64,000 nt of DNA from Auanema rhodensis (Eukaryota > Animalia > Nematoda). The notes under the pieces are model-generated. The model had not been told where the DNA came from. It saw only the letters and a program-made list of their open reading frames with translations, and ran no database searches. The number at the start of each line of letters is the position of its first letter. The first letter of the stretch is position 1. Position numbers and translations under genes: made by a program. The DNA lies in NCBI GenBank assembly GCA_964057225.1, contig OZ059898.1:16368001-16432000 (forward strand), in the 5' to 3' direction. Below are positions 50,001 to 64,000 of this stretch, in pieces.

Positions 50001-53000
50001 TAGGATCCCATAATGAATTCGATGGACACTTATATAATTGTTTTTCCGGTTAAAAATTCTTGAACAGTTGAAGAAAGGTAGAATAACTCTTAGAGAAAGA
50101 ACCAATACTCACTGTTAGTTAGAAAATCAAAGATAAGTAGATGGATATCACAATCTCAGCGTTTCCGATTTGATTTACATGTATCCAAACACACAACAAT
50201 CTCAACAAAAATACTCAAAGTATGTGCAGTCTTAGTTGCTTCTCTTTATATTTAAAGGAGGCAACTATGCTTGCTAATGAGAGTACTTTACGGGCTACCA
50301 GTTAAGGGCAACAAAATTTTCTTGTAAAAACTTACTTCTTTCTCCTTTATTTCTTTCTTCCCCTCTCTTGTTGAGTGTCTTTCTCTTTCTCACTCCGACA
50401 TTTACGGTGATCGTGTGAACAAATGCCGGTTAGAGGATATCTGTTTGCCATGTCCCGTATTCCTAATTAAGAAAGTGCGCGAGAATCTGATCTTGTCTGG
50501 TCAGCTGTATAGGGATCATGTTCTAATTCCAGTGATGGTGTGCTCCCTTTGTGCAAGTAAGAGTTAACCTTTTCCCCTTTCTCTATCCTTTTCTTGTTTT
50601 ATCTCACTCTCCGTTCTCCACGACTTCTCTCACTATTCTGCTCCTGTTTCTGCATTCATTCGCTCGCTCTCTGCTTCTACCCTTTCCTTCCGTTTCCTCT
50701 CTCCTATTCGGGAGGGAAACTGCCGCCCGCTCTGGTTGCTACCAGGCATCAGCCTAATCCTATCCACAACTGTCTAACAACACGCGTTTTATGTTCATTC
50801 ACATACATAAGAGCAAAGCCTTGAACAAGAGATGTAGATTGAAGTGAGAGAAGAGGAAAGGAACAAACAGGGACACTGTTGGAGAGAGTTAGAGAAAAAA
50901 TAAAAGAAGGAAAGCAGGAAGAAAGTGGAAATATGGAAGATGAAATATTTCGTTCTATAAGGCTTTTCAAATGGTAATACGAGGGATAGAAGAAAGCATA
51001 TGAAAGAGGAAAAGACTACCTTACAATATAAGCGTAATATTACTAATATTATATATCAACATACACATCTTTTGTATAAATTTTGTTTCCAATACAAGCT
51101 TTTCAGCTTTCCCATTTTTCTGTTATAAAACAATCAGTTCGATCAGTAGAAAACGACCTATGTATATACATATATGGTAAGGGAGAAAAGGCAATAGGGA
51201 GACAAAGAAAGAGAGAAAGATTGAGCTTTCTGATGTAAAATGAAACCACCACATAGCTCGAAAGCCAATCATCTCATCTCATAACTAGTCTTATGCATGA
51301 AAACATCTTTTGAGCATACAGCAGATTTTGACCATATCTGTTATGACTATGCAGCATGTTATTAAAATGAAAAGAATTTTGTTGAATGAACTAGTGAGAG
51401 AAAGAGAGCAGCAGAACATTTTTTCCTAATCACCGCGATAGATACATTCGTTTGTAGCACAGCAGTTAATCTGTTTGTTTAATACCGTATCACCTTTCCA
51501 ATAATGTTAATATCGATCTCTCTCCTTTTCTTCTCCTCTTTCTCTTTTTCTTTCTCAATCTCTTGGGTCTCTATTCAAATGATCTCTTTCTTCAATATTA
51601 CAAATCTCTTTTAATTTCTTATATGGCGTAGTAGCAGAAGGCTATAACACCTGTTCATATATATTCCTTGAATTTGAAACAAGCTGGTCTGATACCATTG
51701 CCATTCTCGTAAATCTGCTTTGCATGGTTGTATGTATCTATGTAGTATAAAATACATTATATAACGAAATTCCATTGGTCATCAATCCGTCTTTTCGGTT
51801 TTCAAGTTGACAGTCGGAAACCGCTGTAGAGAATAGAAAAGCTGGCGGTGTACTGGAAATAGAGAGAAAAGAAGCCAGAGGCAAAAGCTCGATAATGTTG
51901 ATGATGCCTGAATAAAAGAGAGATCAATCGACTTGGACAGACGGCCAGAGTCCTAGTAAGTAGGGGGTTGACTAGTCTGTATTCTCTATCTGTTTGTTTC
52001 TCTCCTTTCTCCTCGTTCTTCGACTATCTCTTGACGGAGAGCACATGACTAATTGGTCCCGACACAAGGGACCATCTGGCACGATCCTACTATGTCATAT
52101 CTAGCTCCTCTGCTTTATATCGTGCCCGAACCAGTGGCTGAAACATATATACACAGAACTGACAAAAGCTATTGTCCGCAAGTGGAAATAAGTCAGTTAG
52201 TAATTTGAACAAGCCTGCTTTAAAGCACACACATCATGGATAATTAAGATACTCAAATCATGAAGGGATGAAGAAGCAAAAGGTGAATTATGAAATCAAG
52301 TAAAATCTATCCAGCATCTTAATCTGCGAATTTCTATTTGAATCAACTATATGGACTAACGTTGCTGTCTAAAAGCCTTTTCCGGTTGTTATATCTTTTC
52401 GTATATCTACTCTATATATTTTTTATCTCACGTTGTTTTGCAATCTCTCTCTCACTATTTCTTTTCACTTTTTCATTTTTCTGGCATCCTGGTATTTTCA
52501 AAGTTCATTTATCTGCATATGTATGTATATGTTCAAGCTCGTAAATGGAAGATAGACTTCAGTTCATCTATGCACATATAGCCTCAAGGCATGGTATGCG
52601 GAAATGGCATAATCGATAGAAAAGATGGCCCACTAGAACGATTGAAGCCGTCCTAGCCAGCAAGCAAGGCGTTGCCACTAATCACGATCTAGTCGATGTC
52701 TAATATGCCGATATTGATAATGTGAGAGAAAACAAGGATAAAGAGAAATCACAGTAAAAATCAGGGGCGGTATTTACTCAGTGGCCTAAGGGCAAAAGAG
52801 CTTTTGATGACAGCTTCTTTACTCTTTTTTAAAATAAAATCAGATAAGAGGGATATGAATATTGTGAAAATTACTACAAAGCTTGAAAAGTTCGTTCAAT
52901 TATATATATTATTATTTATAAACATTCCATATAATGAGAAAAAAAGTATACAGGTTACCCTTAATGCAATATTTATGAAAAAAAAGCTGGGAAAGCTTCA

Positions 53001-54361
53001 AATTTTCAATCACTCTATTGATTTCTTTCATGATTTCAGTCGTTCGTCTGCGAAATATGTGGCAAGGCTTTCCGTTTCCGTTCCAATCTAGCAGAGCATC
53101 GTTCCGTACACACGGCTCTTAAGCCATATGTATGCAAGTTCTGTGGAAAAAGCAGTCGGTTAAAGGGTGAGTTACAGGGATTTTACACAATGCAACGATG
53201 AAAATTATAAATCTCAATAGAGCATTCAGTAGATAATGATTGATTTTAGGAAACTTAACAAAACACATATTGAAACATCATAAGAAGGAACAAAGTGACC
53301 AAATTGGGAAAGATGATATTATAGTTAAAAAGGTTCTTCAATTACCTCATTATCATAAATCTATATCCATTTATAGGATAATCAAATACAGGAACCGATG
53401 GAATTCGAAAAACCGGTTATGAACCTTCAGGATATTCCTAGCTTATTACCAAAAGAAGAAGCAACTGATCAAGAAAGGTGATTGTTTATATTTTTTTAAA
53501 AAATGACATTCGATCTCTTAAGATCAATTCTATTTTCACTTGGACTCGATTATAACAACTCATTGGATCTGCGAGACAGCCCTGAAGCTAGCGCAAGTCC
53601 AGAAAATGGTAAGAATATTTCTAATTTCTCATTTGAATTTGCGAATATTTTCCCATCATGCTATATAACCATTTTCTGATAGTATTTGAAAGATAACAAG
53701 AGCTTTAAATGCTCAAACTAATTGGTCTACTCAAACTCAAAGAGCATTGATTTCGAGTATCATCTAATCTGAACATCACATCTTTTAATTCTTCGTCAAG
53801 TCTCACATATCAGAACGATCTTTACCCCAACGGTTTCCATCTGTTTACTACTCTCTTTCTTCTCTTTCAAAGCCTTGTCCTTCTTGCGTCCCTCGGCTCC
53901 TCAGCTGTCTTTCATAGGCTTCAGATTCTTTCCCAACGAAAAGCTAATAAAGTCTCAAAAATTGGAAAAGTCAAAGTGAATACGAAGGGAAAGTGTGGCA
54001 ATAAAGCTTAGTATGATAATACCGACACATTTATCCAGGAAAGAGGTTTATGTGTCTTTTGAACAGATCATCATCAAGTTTTTTCTTTTATCTTTTAAAA
54101 CTTCTTGTTCTCTTTTTCAAAAATGTGAATTATGTTTTTATTAACTATGCCTCGCTTATCTTGTTTAATTCTAACAACTAACTAGCAATTTCATCAAAAT
54201 TATATGAGAATGATCAAGCTCGAACTACCAATTTCAAATTTCAAATTAGCTAGAGATCAAATTTATGATTCCTATTGGAAGAACGATCTATTTCGAGATC
54301 GTTAGCAAATTAAAATGAATAATATTCTATTCTTTTCAACAATTAGAATATAGTAGAGGTA

Positions 54362-54425
<64 letters not shown>

Positions 54426-57400
54426 CATATATACTGCTTTTAACATATTCTGCCATTGACTATTATCCTTGTTATCCAAAATATGACAACATATTCAATC
54501 GACCTCTTTAGATCAATCTCTTTTTTTAATTCTCTTTTACCTGTAAGCAAATAATGCTCTCTTTTTCTTTACGGAACCAAATGACAGACAAATGTAGAAA
54601 TGGCAAGGAGGTGGCCCCTCGGTCACATCGATTGCCGATTCACACACTGTGTATACAAGGTCTCGTAGCACACACACGGAGACCCTTTTCTTGCACACTC
54701 ATGCCCTAAAGCGATAGAAGGGGTTGACCAAAGCTGTATGATGAAAATATTGTTAGAAATATAATAAAAAATGAACAAAACTATTCATCGCTGTTCAAAT
54801 TGAAATTACGTCATATCATTCACTTATTTTACGTGAAAATATGAAACAGATAAACTGTCTTTGTGAAAACAGCACAATACGATGTTATTATTCAGTTTTG
54901 TTCAAAATTCTCTAATCACTAGCCACACTTTTCTGTTCTCCTCTTGTCTTCTTTTCTTCTAAGCTTTCCATAAACTGCCATCAGTGAAGACAAGAAGGGC
55001 TCTAAAGCGTAATCATTCGGAGAGACTGGCTGGCCGAGTACTGAAAAAGCTGCCCTGGGGCTATTGCGAACAGCCGTCGGTTGCCTACTCTTCAACAAGC
55101 TTATGCTCACAGCTCTACGGACGGAGACTAAAAATCTTCAAACATCCGGAGCAACTAGATTAAGCAAGTAACAGGGGATTGAAGAATCTCCGTTGCAATA
55201 CATTCATCGGAGCATTTCCTTTAACTAAACTATAATTACCACTTCTCATAAGCAAACTGTTTTGAACATGAAAGCTGACAGCATAATAGTGCAGTATGTT
55301 CAAAATGCTATGACCTTTTCTGCACATATTCGCACAGGCAGGTACATGAAAAACTAAAATTAAATATAAGAGAGGGGGGGAATGAAAAGGGGGGATATTC
55401 GTCAAAGTATTTCGTTGAGCAAGCCATTAACTGAATCCTATTCGTTACATCACCCATCTCTCATTTATACATCTAATCCTCTTCCTACTTGTTTGTATGT
55501 TTTCCTGTCACTCAGTCATGGGCTGGTACAGCTGAAAGTAGAGAGCAGGAGCCGCTTAGTTTCCCTAATTAGGCTACTTCCCGATTCCGTATGCGCCAAT
55601 GAAGTACGATTATTTCTATTAATGGCCTTGTATGAACGTCATGTAACCATGTAGTATATGTCTGTGTATGCTCTTCTGGTCATGCTCTAATTACACGACG
55701 CTTTTCGGTTCAAGTTGCCTTTCATCATAATATTCACACAAACGGTTAGAAGAGCAAGGGATAAGCCAAAAAGTAGAAATACAATGTAAAAAGTCGTAAG
55801 GGTTTTAAAATTATTTCCAAAAATTTGTTATTCGTTTATAAGTATTTTAATATTCCACAAACTTCTTTGAAAATATGTATTTTTAAAAAAATAAAAACAA
55901 AACTATGTTCAAAAACTCTTCTCATGACAAAGTTCAACACGTGGTAGTTAGTGTTTCTGTTCGTTCAGCAACTGACGCTATTCCAAACTAAAGTTTAGAA
56001 AAATTTAACTTAACTAATACGAAGCTCATACAACAGCTATACGAAATTGTTTTGAAATATGAATTGAAAACAGAAACATAACTTTTTATCTTTCAGAATC
56101 TCCTAGTACCTATAAGAACGATTATGGTGAGGGTGATCAGTACGGTAGTCCAATGGTATGTTTGTTTTATTTTCTGTTACTGTAGAATACAATTCTTCGC
56201 CCAATACTGTATGTAAACATACATACGCCCACATTCTTTCTCCATTAAAACTAAATTCATTTTTCTTATTTTTTATTTTATGCTTATACATTTTAAGCTC
56301 AAAGTTGGAGGTGAGACATCCCTGGCTGCCCTGATCGCTTCTGTAAATTCTCCACCATCTGCATCATCAGCATCCAGCTTAGCTGGAGCAAATGTATCTA
56401 CGGCTTCTTCTAACAGTACCGGAAACACAACGTTAAATAGTGCGAATCGATTAAATCGACTGGCAAACAGTCTAGCTTCATCAAAGTCCAAATGTGAAAT
56501 TTGCGGAAAGCATTTCCGAAAACGTAAGTTCGTTTTATTTTTAATCTGAAGTTTATCTGATAGATGAAGTACATTTAATAAGAATAGTATAAGAAAACGA
56601 TTTATTAAATTGAATTTGAATGAACACAGTTCAAAGTGTTTTGGTTCAACACAGCTTCGATATATGCTCACTATCGTGTTTATTTCCTGTGTATCATCTA
56701 CAGTAGATCGAATTTCACCTTGTGCTTCTGAAAAGGGGAGAATGTGAGCTTGCACTATTCTAGGTTGGATAAGTTTTTTTTCATCCGTCAGTATGCCTGT
56801 CTGCTTCTGCTGTCTACTCTTCCACTAGTCACCTCCTCTTTTTGGCTTAATATTTGAGCTGGTTCCATCTGCCTATTTGGTCCGGAGCACAGGCAAAGTG
56901 ACGGAAAAGAAAATGAGACAATCGTAGAAAAGGAGACAACAGAGAAAAGTGTACACGTCTAGCTAAGATTGATTCAGACGAGGGGACCGAAACCTTTTTC
57001 AAATTGTAGTGCCTGTAAAAGATCATTACTGCTCAGCTGACTCTCGCTTTTTTCATACTATCTATTCTTCTTTTCTCTATTCTCCCTCTATCTTCTACTT
57101 TCTCTTCCTATCTCTCTTTTCCTAGTTTGCCTGTTAGGAAGCTTAGAAGCACTAAGTCTCGCGTCACAAGCAATTAGCAATGCAGTCGTGAATGGACGGA
57201 TAGAAATGACAGCGACGATGTAAGAAGGAGTCTACGTCGACGACCAACAGATGTCGACCGACGACGACCAACTTTATCTGGTCTCGTTTAGTATTTTCAC
57301 CAAATATTGAAGTAGTCTCCAGCTACTTATTCACATTTGATCTGTTAGGCTTGGCTAAGCTTAGTCGATAGCTCACCAACACCTGAAATGTTCATAGATA

Positions 57401-60400
57401 CATACATCGTGTATGGCTGTGAAAGCTTCCGGTTGAAGTTGAGCGATGTCACGCCAAAAGATGGTTTTGCGTGTTGAGCCTGACTCAATCATCTTTTATT
57501 TACTTTCAGTAAGAGAAAGTTCTAAGAATACTATATCGTCGGATATGAATGCGATTCTTAGTTAAACTATTCACATAATTAGTCATGCAAAATTATAATG
57601 ATATATAGGGAAGTATAGCTGGAGAAATGAAGCACTTTTGTCATTATCAATCTATCCAAATGAAAAGATTTCTTGTTTTTCAACAAGATCACTATAATTC
57701 CTTGTAGGTTGTCAAGAAATTGTCGTTCACTTACATTTGAAACAGCTTTTAAGTTTCCTAACGTTAATTTGTGAAAGAGTTTTGTCATCTGACCGTCAAT
57801 CTATTCCTCTACTATACTAACTATAGAGCGAAACAAAGTGAGAGGAGAGGAGGGGTTGAGAGAGCATATTCGCCTTATGCTCCTACTCTGCCTGTCTATG
57901 TGCCTGTCAATAGTCTGCAGCACGCCTCAGGGGTTCCACCCCATGGTTACACAGCTTACTCCCTCCTCTTTCTTTCTAACCATCGAGCAGAAAGAGAACA
58001 GGGACTAGAATACGAGAGAGATGAGAGTGAACAGCATCATCATAGGAAAAAAGAAAAGAAAAGAAAGGAAAGGAAAAGCATGAAGGCTGTTCATCTTGCC
58101 TCACTTGTTTGGAACAAGAACCCTTTGCCCGCATGACATGGTATAGACTGAGAGGGATTTATTTTCTTCCAACTGTGTTTCTGCTGTGCTTCGGTGGGAC
58201 GTGAATAATGCCAAGTGAAGACTGATAAGCTCTTGTTAGATTGACAATAACTTATAGATTTGTATTTTCCAACATATATAGCTAGATAAAATCCATAAAA
58301 ACTGAATATGCAGTGTTGAAAGCGAGTATCTAGATCTTGGCTAATTATTAATATATTCAAGCGATAAATGGACTTGAACGCGAATACTTATCTCTTGGAT
58401 GTCCTATATTCAACCTCTAACCTTCAAAATTGCTAAGCTGCAGATATTAAAAGAAGGGAAAATAAGAAAATTTCATTATATTTATATATAAATCAATATT
58501 AATTCCTCAATCTTTGACACTTATTACGAAATTAATTAAACGAAGAAACGTCTGGTCGTATCCACTTATATCCGTAAGATCCTTTAGTGTGCGGTCCAGT
58601 AATGTTATTCATAATTGGCTCAAAGCCTCTATGTTCACTCTATGTGATCATTCAATGAACACAAAATCTCTTGATTCTTCATTTCCGAAAGCTATTCTTG
58701 AAGATAGCTCCATTAATCGTATGCCATACTTATGTGTCTCATACGTTCAGCACGCACACATACAAAGCCTCTTGAGCTTTAAAGTCCTTAACCGGCCCGC
58801 TCATATCCTCCTTCATACTGTATAACGAAGATCATGGCTTTGTCATTACATTTTTTCTTCTTTTTTCTTTCGTTGAATCTTGGTCGATACTTTTTGTTTT
58901 ATATCTGAAACAAGGTCTCGAAAAATCAAAAGAAAAAACATAATCCAATATCGAACTTCGGCCAATAACATGTCATATGGGCATGTACAGAGAATAAAGC
59001 GAGAGAAACATAGTATTAAGAACGGAGTGTGAGGGAAGCAGAAAAGGAGAAATGACGAGGAAAGCTATGACTATGCAGACTAATCGATCTCTCGTTGCCA
59101 TAAACGTCCTGTCGATTCCTACAACTAAGCTCTGCTATTTGACTCTGATTTCACTTCATGTGAATAGTCTTCCGATTTGAAAACTCAAGCACTACCAGGA
59201 GAAACAGAGAACGAAGCATAGTTCAACTGTTATAACCGGACAAGGGGCGGAATAATATTTGCAAACTGACAGTTTTGAATCGGAGTGCAGTCAGGAGGAA
59301 AATGAAGAGTAGCTGATTTTAGAATCTATTCAAACACCTTGAATAGAATTCGAGCATCGTCTCCTTTTTGTTTTGGGGGACTGCCAGCAGAATACGCAAA
59401 TGTCCTTTATGAACTGTAATTATAAGAAATTGAAAATTAGGAAAATTATTAATAGAGCAGTTAAGCTACTTTTTGGAAATTATCTGAAATTTAAACAAAA
59501 ACAGGTTGTAAAATTAATTAAAGAGGAAATGATGAAAAAAGAGAAATTCATTCTGACACCTGAATCTCTTGATTTCGGCTTTTATCCCCTCCGGTCCTCA
59601 ATGTGAGAGAAACGATATCCCTGTTCTTTTTTTTATGGAAGCAGTTTGACAATGCTCTTCCGAAGTATAAACCTGGGAATAGTTCCATTCAGGGGAACTC
59701 AATATGGTTTGAAACTATGCATGCAATTTAATCTATCGAACCATGTCTGGAGAAGAGGAAGCCCGGCTTTAGAAGTGAAAGTGTGTGCTAGAGAGCAGGA
59801 CAGCCTGTGAGAGCACAGGGTATGGAAAGCAGAGAATGCTTCCATGCAGAGAGAGGTAGAGATAAAAACGAAAGCTTGTGCACACATCATAGAGGTTCTA
59901 CTATCCGCAACTCCCCAACATCACTAGACTAGGTACACAATTTCCTTTCTACTCCCATTTTCTTACTGGTCTGGAAAAGGGGAAAGACAAAATAGCAGAA
60001 CAACGAGGTGAACGATTGCCAGAACAGAAATATATGATCATACAAGTCTCGAAGATAAAAACGTTTTGTAAAGCTGTTCATTCATACGGACATGCTTCCT
60101 TTCTCTTCTATTTCTCATCTTCCTGCATTTCAACGATGGATTCTCTCGTCTTCATTCGGTCTCCCTCTTATGCTTCTCAAGCCTCATCTGATTGAAGGCC
60201 AATCATTTCGTGCGCCAAATGAAATTCGCTCTTCAATGCCGGAGGTGAATGGACTCTTTGAGAATTACATTGAGCGACGAACTTAATCGAGCAAAGGGGA
60301 TGTGTTTATCTGCATTTCTTCAATTCTTCCTGCTTTGTCATACTTCAAATTTCAACTTAGAAGAAGCATCTCAATCACTGGATTGAATTGGGCAGAGAGT

Positions 60401-62956
60401 ACTTCAGTGTTAATTACAAAGATTTGATACTTTTCATCTGATTAAGCTACTATCTGATTTACATTAAACCAGAAAACACAAAACGTTCAGTCACTCAGCC
60501 CGCTGTCACCAAAATCCTATAAGCTTTTCACTACAAAACTAAGTTCATTTATCACAATTTAAATATAAATTTCCCTTGAAATTTCTGTCATTACCGATTT
60601 CGTAATGAGATGGTTCTCGGAATCTATTCATAAACTACCAAAGCATAGTCGCATCACTTAGCAGAAAATGATAGATTAGTGTCCCGTATACAATTAACAT
60701 CCATTTATGTATATTCAATGGAACGATCATAATTAGCAAGCTGGACTTCTCCGAGCTTGACCCAAACTGGGTAAGAAGAGAAATGAGAAGAGAGGTAGAG
60801 AATTAGGAGTAGAGAAACTAAAAAGAAAAAAATATATATATCCTTATGTGTGTATATATCTCTGCGTCCTCCCCTCTTTGTTCATGTACGTTATCTTCTT
60901 TCTCTCGTTCTCTTGGTAAATGCATTTTCCCTCTTTTAGTTTGGGGACAGTCATATAATCCAATTTACATATATGGTATACATAGAGCAATAACGTTGAT
61001 TGTGCATTTCAAGCCGTGACTATTATTGTCTGCGACAGTTGTAATCAATCTTCTCATGGACTATTCTTCTTCGTTATGAGCAAGCATAATCAATCTGGAA
61101 ATCCTATCAATTCGCTTTTCTTCCCATTTTCCTTGTATTTCGCCGAAGGGTTCTGAGGTTTTAACTGGCCAAATCAGTGCATTGCACTACGCATAAAGCT
61201 TAAATGAAGTCTAATCTGGTTCATATATGAGGTAGTAGCAGGAGAAGGAGCATATGAAGACGAGAAGTACAGCGATGATCGAAAAACAGACGCATGTACT
61301 CTACTCAGATTAAACGAATAGAATCGATGTTGCTTGACAATTCGCGTTCCCTCTTGTTTCCATCTTTCTCTACCCTGCATCTCAGTTTTCTGACCAAACG
61401 CTCATGGCCAAATACGCTAGAAAACTTACAATTCATAAAATTAAACTCAAAGTGTCAATTTTCTAAACATCTAATTGTTTTTAAACTATCTGTAATATAT
61501 TTTTCAAACCTTCAACATGTTATATAGAACAAACAAATAAAGGAAGAACTGTTGTTGAAGATATTTTTAAAATATTTTGCATATTATATTACATAAAATT
61601 AGAAAATATATAAATAGATAGATAGATAGATAGATGTATATATCTATCTTAAAATGGTACGAGCGTTATTAATTTTACCAAGTTGTCTCGGTTGAATGAT
61701 TTGTCCATGAAAACCCTTTTCTCATTTTAATAAAACTGTCAGCAACATTAATTAATTTCTGGATGGAAGACCAAGTCACTTTACAAACTTCAGAGGCGTC
61801 AAGTGAAGTCTAGAACACAATGAATCTGTCTTTTTGATGTGTATTTATTCATGATCCTTCTTTGATGATTGGCATTAAATTAGTCAGAATTATCGTATAT
61901 GCTTCTCTCTCATATCCTCTTTCATATTCAACTAACCCATACATGCATACATGTATTCACCTCAACAACCACTCTCTGCCACCTACGCATATACCTTTAC
62001 AAATTATCAAAAAAATTAATTTCTGATCTATAAAAAAATTTGAATAAAAACATACAACACATATAAACCTTCAAATATTAAAATGATAAAGAGTATTTGT
62101 TTAAATATTGAAATGAAGAGAGGGAAACTAAACGCGATGTTTTCAAATGAAGGTAAATACATATCATGTGAGATGTTAGATTGAAGAGAAGAAAAGGTTT
62201 TACTGACAATGCTTGGTATGAGATAGACCAGATGTCACTTGTAATAAGTGATTGCAGTTTAATTGACTTTAAACATCAACGGTAAAGCCGTATTATTCCA
62301 AACAACTTGTGCAAAAGACTTTAAGTATATATGAGGGATTAGAAAGATATTCATAAAGAAATAAGAAAATGAACTTAGAAATAAAAGTTCTTTATAGCTT
62401 TATCAATTACTAAATATTTTTAGGCGAACAAATGACTATGCACATGACTATCAACCATGGCCACCCTCCACCTGAATCTACAACATCTTCAGATGGTGGA
62501 AAAACTAGTGAAACAGAACATATGGATGAATCAAATTGGGCTCAGTCAGAGTTAACAGCTATAAGAAATTCTCTGACCGAAATAAAATCATTTAATTCAT
62601 CAGCAAATAAACTCGAACAAGTAAGTTCTTTTTTCAATTTCGATGGCATTCTATTTAGAAATCATTAGAAGTTTTTTTATTTACAAAATTTATAGCTAAT
62701 TGTGGCACTTGATGGACGTGTTGGCCGATTAGAAAAGCAAGTGGAAATGGCTCTGAACTCTATATATACTCTCGTTCAACTTCAAACGGGTATGAATAGT
62801 AGTGTAACCAGGTAAGCTTAATTACTAAATATTTGTATACTACATAGGAACTTATTTAAATGAAATTTTGTTTTTAGATTCAGGGAAGATGCTTGTGAAC
62901 AGTTAAAAAGCATGCGAACACTACTTCAGGAATCTGCCGAAACTGCTAACTCATGA
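47099..62956 (+). CDS. ham-2: C2H2 zinc-finger transcription factor with C-terminal coiled coil (ham-2-like), 10 coding exons
   Basis: Fingers [43 protein letters not shown] and [22 protein letters not shown], plus a fourth ([22 protein letters not shown]) split by intron 56524-62423. Coiled coil [26 protein letters not shown]. Long introns 47222-53039, ~53609-56096 and 56524-62423. The gene model is solid; the symbol is from recollection and less certain. Confidence 0.85.
54368..54424. repeat. (TA)n microsatellite
   Basis: About 28 perfect AT units, intronic. Confidence 0.97.
61614..61634. repeat. (GATA)n short tandem repeat
   Basis: About 5 TAGA units. Confidence 0.8.
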
Positions 62957-64000
62957 TATCTTCCAAGCAATTAATCAACCTTTCTTCTTAATCAAAATGC
63001 CTCAAATTCATAATCATTTGCCATTCCTATGAATGAATACATCAGATGGCTTCTGATCCTCTTTCTCCTTATCTCTCCCCCTCTCTCTTTCCTTATTATC
63101 TTTTCTTGTTCAAACTCTTTCCTATCTCTATATTTATCTATCCTATCTATCTCTCCCTGTATCTCTCATATTTTGAACATATTATCTTTTACTCACGTAG
63201 GTGTATACGAAAAAATCTGAAATATATTTACCTATGTGAAATGAAATCAAACTTAAAACAGTTCGCATATTACGGAGTTATAACTATTGTGTTAAATATG
63301 TGACTTAAGAAAACCAAGTTCAATCATTAGAAGTGATTATAGATGACATTCAACCCAATACTTTGTAAATTCGATTTTCATATTCATTGCCTGTCCAATA
63401 AGAAATCATTATTTATTATTAATATTATTATTATTATTGTATACAAACTCGTTGTTTCAAATATTATGTTTCAAGTCTACAAAGAATCTAGTCCACCATG
63501 GACATGTGAAAATTTCATGTCCTTCTATTGTTTTATTATTATTTTTTATTTCTTTCACTGTTCTCATGACATACTAGGCAAATTTACAACATTTAATCTT
63601 GTTTTCGTTTATTTTTTTAACCAAATCTTCTGCACTTTTTCATGAACACGTCACCTATAGGCAACATCTTTGTTCTTGCCATTGTGGTACTAAGTAATCA
63701 AGTCAAGTCAATTTGAAATCTCATGCCTTGCCTATAAAACGTATGATCTCTAGTCAAACTACTCCCTGGTTTAAAATTTATTAACAAGTGTGTGTGAACT
63801 TCTATATTACATATAATAAAACAATTTATTCGTAATTTTATTAACCTGAGACCTAATAATGAGACTAGCATTTCAACACATAATTTAATCGGCAAAATAA
63901 ATACAAAAATCTTCAAAAACCACGATAAAAAACAAAAAAGAATTAAAGCTTATAGCATTGTGTTTATATTATACTGAAATAATTATGCACATTTCATTCC

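Noticed and set aside
52762-52800. tRNA A-box-like TACTCAGTGGCCTAAGG (similar CCGAGTGGCTTAA at ~45217)
   Set aside because: No B-box/T-arm (GTTCRA) or acceptor stem follows.
56156-56185. Apparent 30-nt intron and micro-exon in the ham-2-like gene
   Set aside because: Below the length floor seen elsewhere. Splicing 56156-56297 keeps the frame without it.
57345-57366. Degenerate telomere-like run TTAGGC-TTGGC-TAAGC-TTAGTC (possible DNA-elimination or healing site)
   Set aside because: Only one exact TTAGGC, it lies inside an intact gene, and nothing else supports a break site.
61228-61249. TGAGGTAGTAG, identical to the first 11 nt of let-7
   Set aside because: The following bases diverge (CAGGAGAAGG) and no complementary arm lies within hairpin distance. 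As a target site it would be antisense to an intron.

Overview
Eukaryotic, AT-rich nematode genomic DNA. It is most likely a rhabditid, but the species cannot be determined from sequence alone. The left 42 kb is gene-dense, with about 14 spliced genes carrying well over 100 tiny introns (mostly 38-50 nt): a serpentine chemoreceptor, sul-1 (Sulf), METTL9, a ZC2HC1A-like zinc finger, ect-2, utx-1 (KDM6A), an AMPK gamma subunit, a TRMT10C-like protein, an aldo-keto reductase, a divergent ionotropic receptor, an SLC26 transporter, a MARVEL protein, a LAPTM-like tetraspan and an orphan single-pass membrane protein. The right 21 kb holds one C2H2 transcription factor (ham-2-like) with multi-kb introns and a GC-rich upstream island. 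All gene models were spliced by hand; most entries in the ORF track are exon-plus-intron fragments or spurious. No tRNA, rRNA, CRISPR array or intact transposon was found. The strongest leads are: length-ruled 3' splice-site choice, including a required GC donor and a likely GAG acceptor; two X-boxes on the ZC2HC1A-like gene; a TRMT10C paralog with a degenerate SAM loop; an orphan membrane microprotein; a possible internal promoter in utx-1; and a dense cluster of TALE (TGACAG) sites across the ham-2-like locus. I found no evidence of a wholly new multi-gene system.
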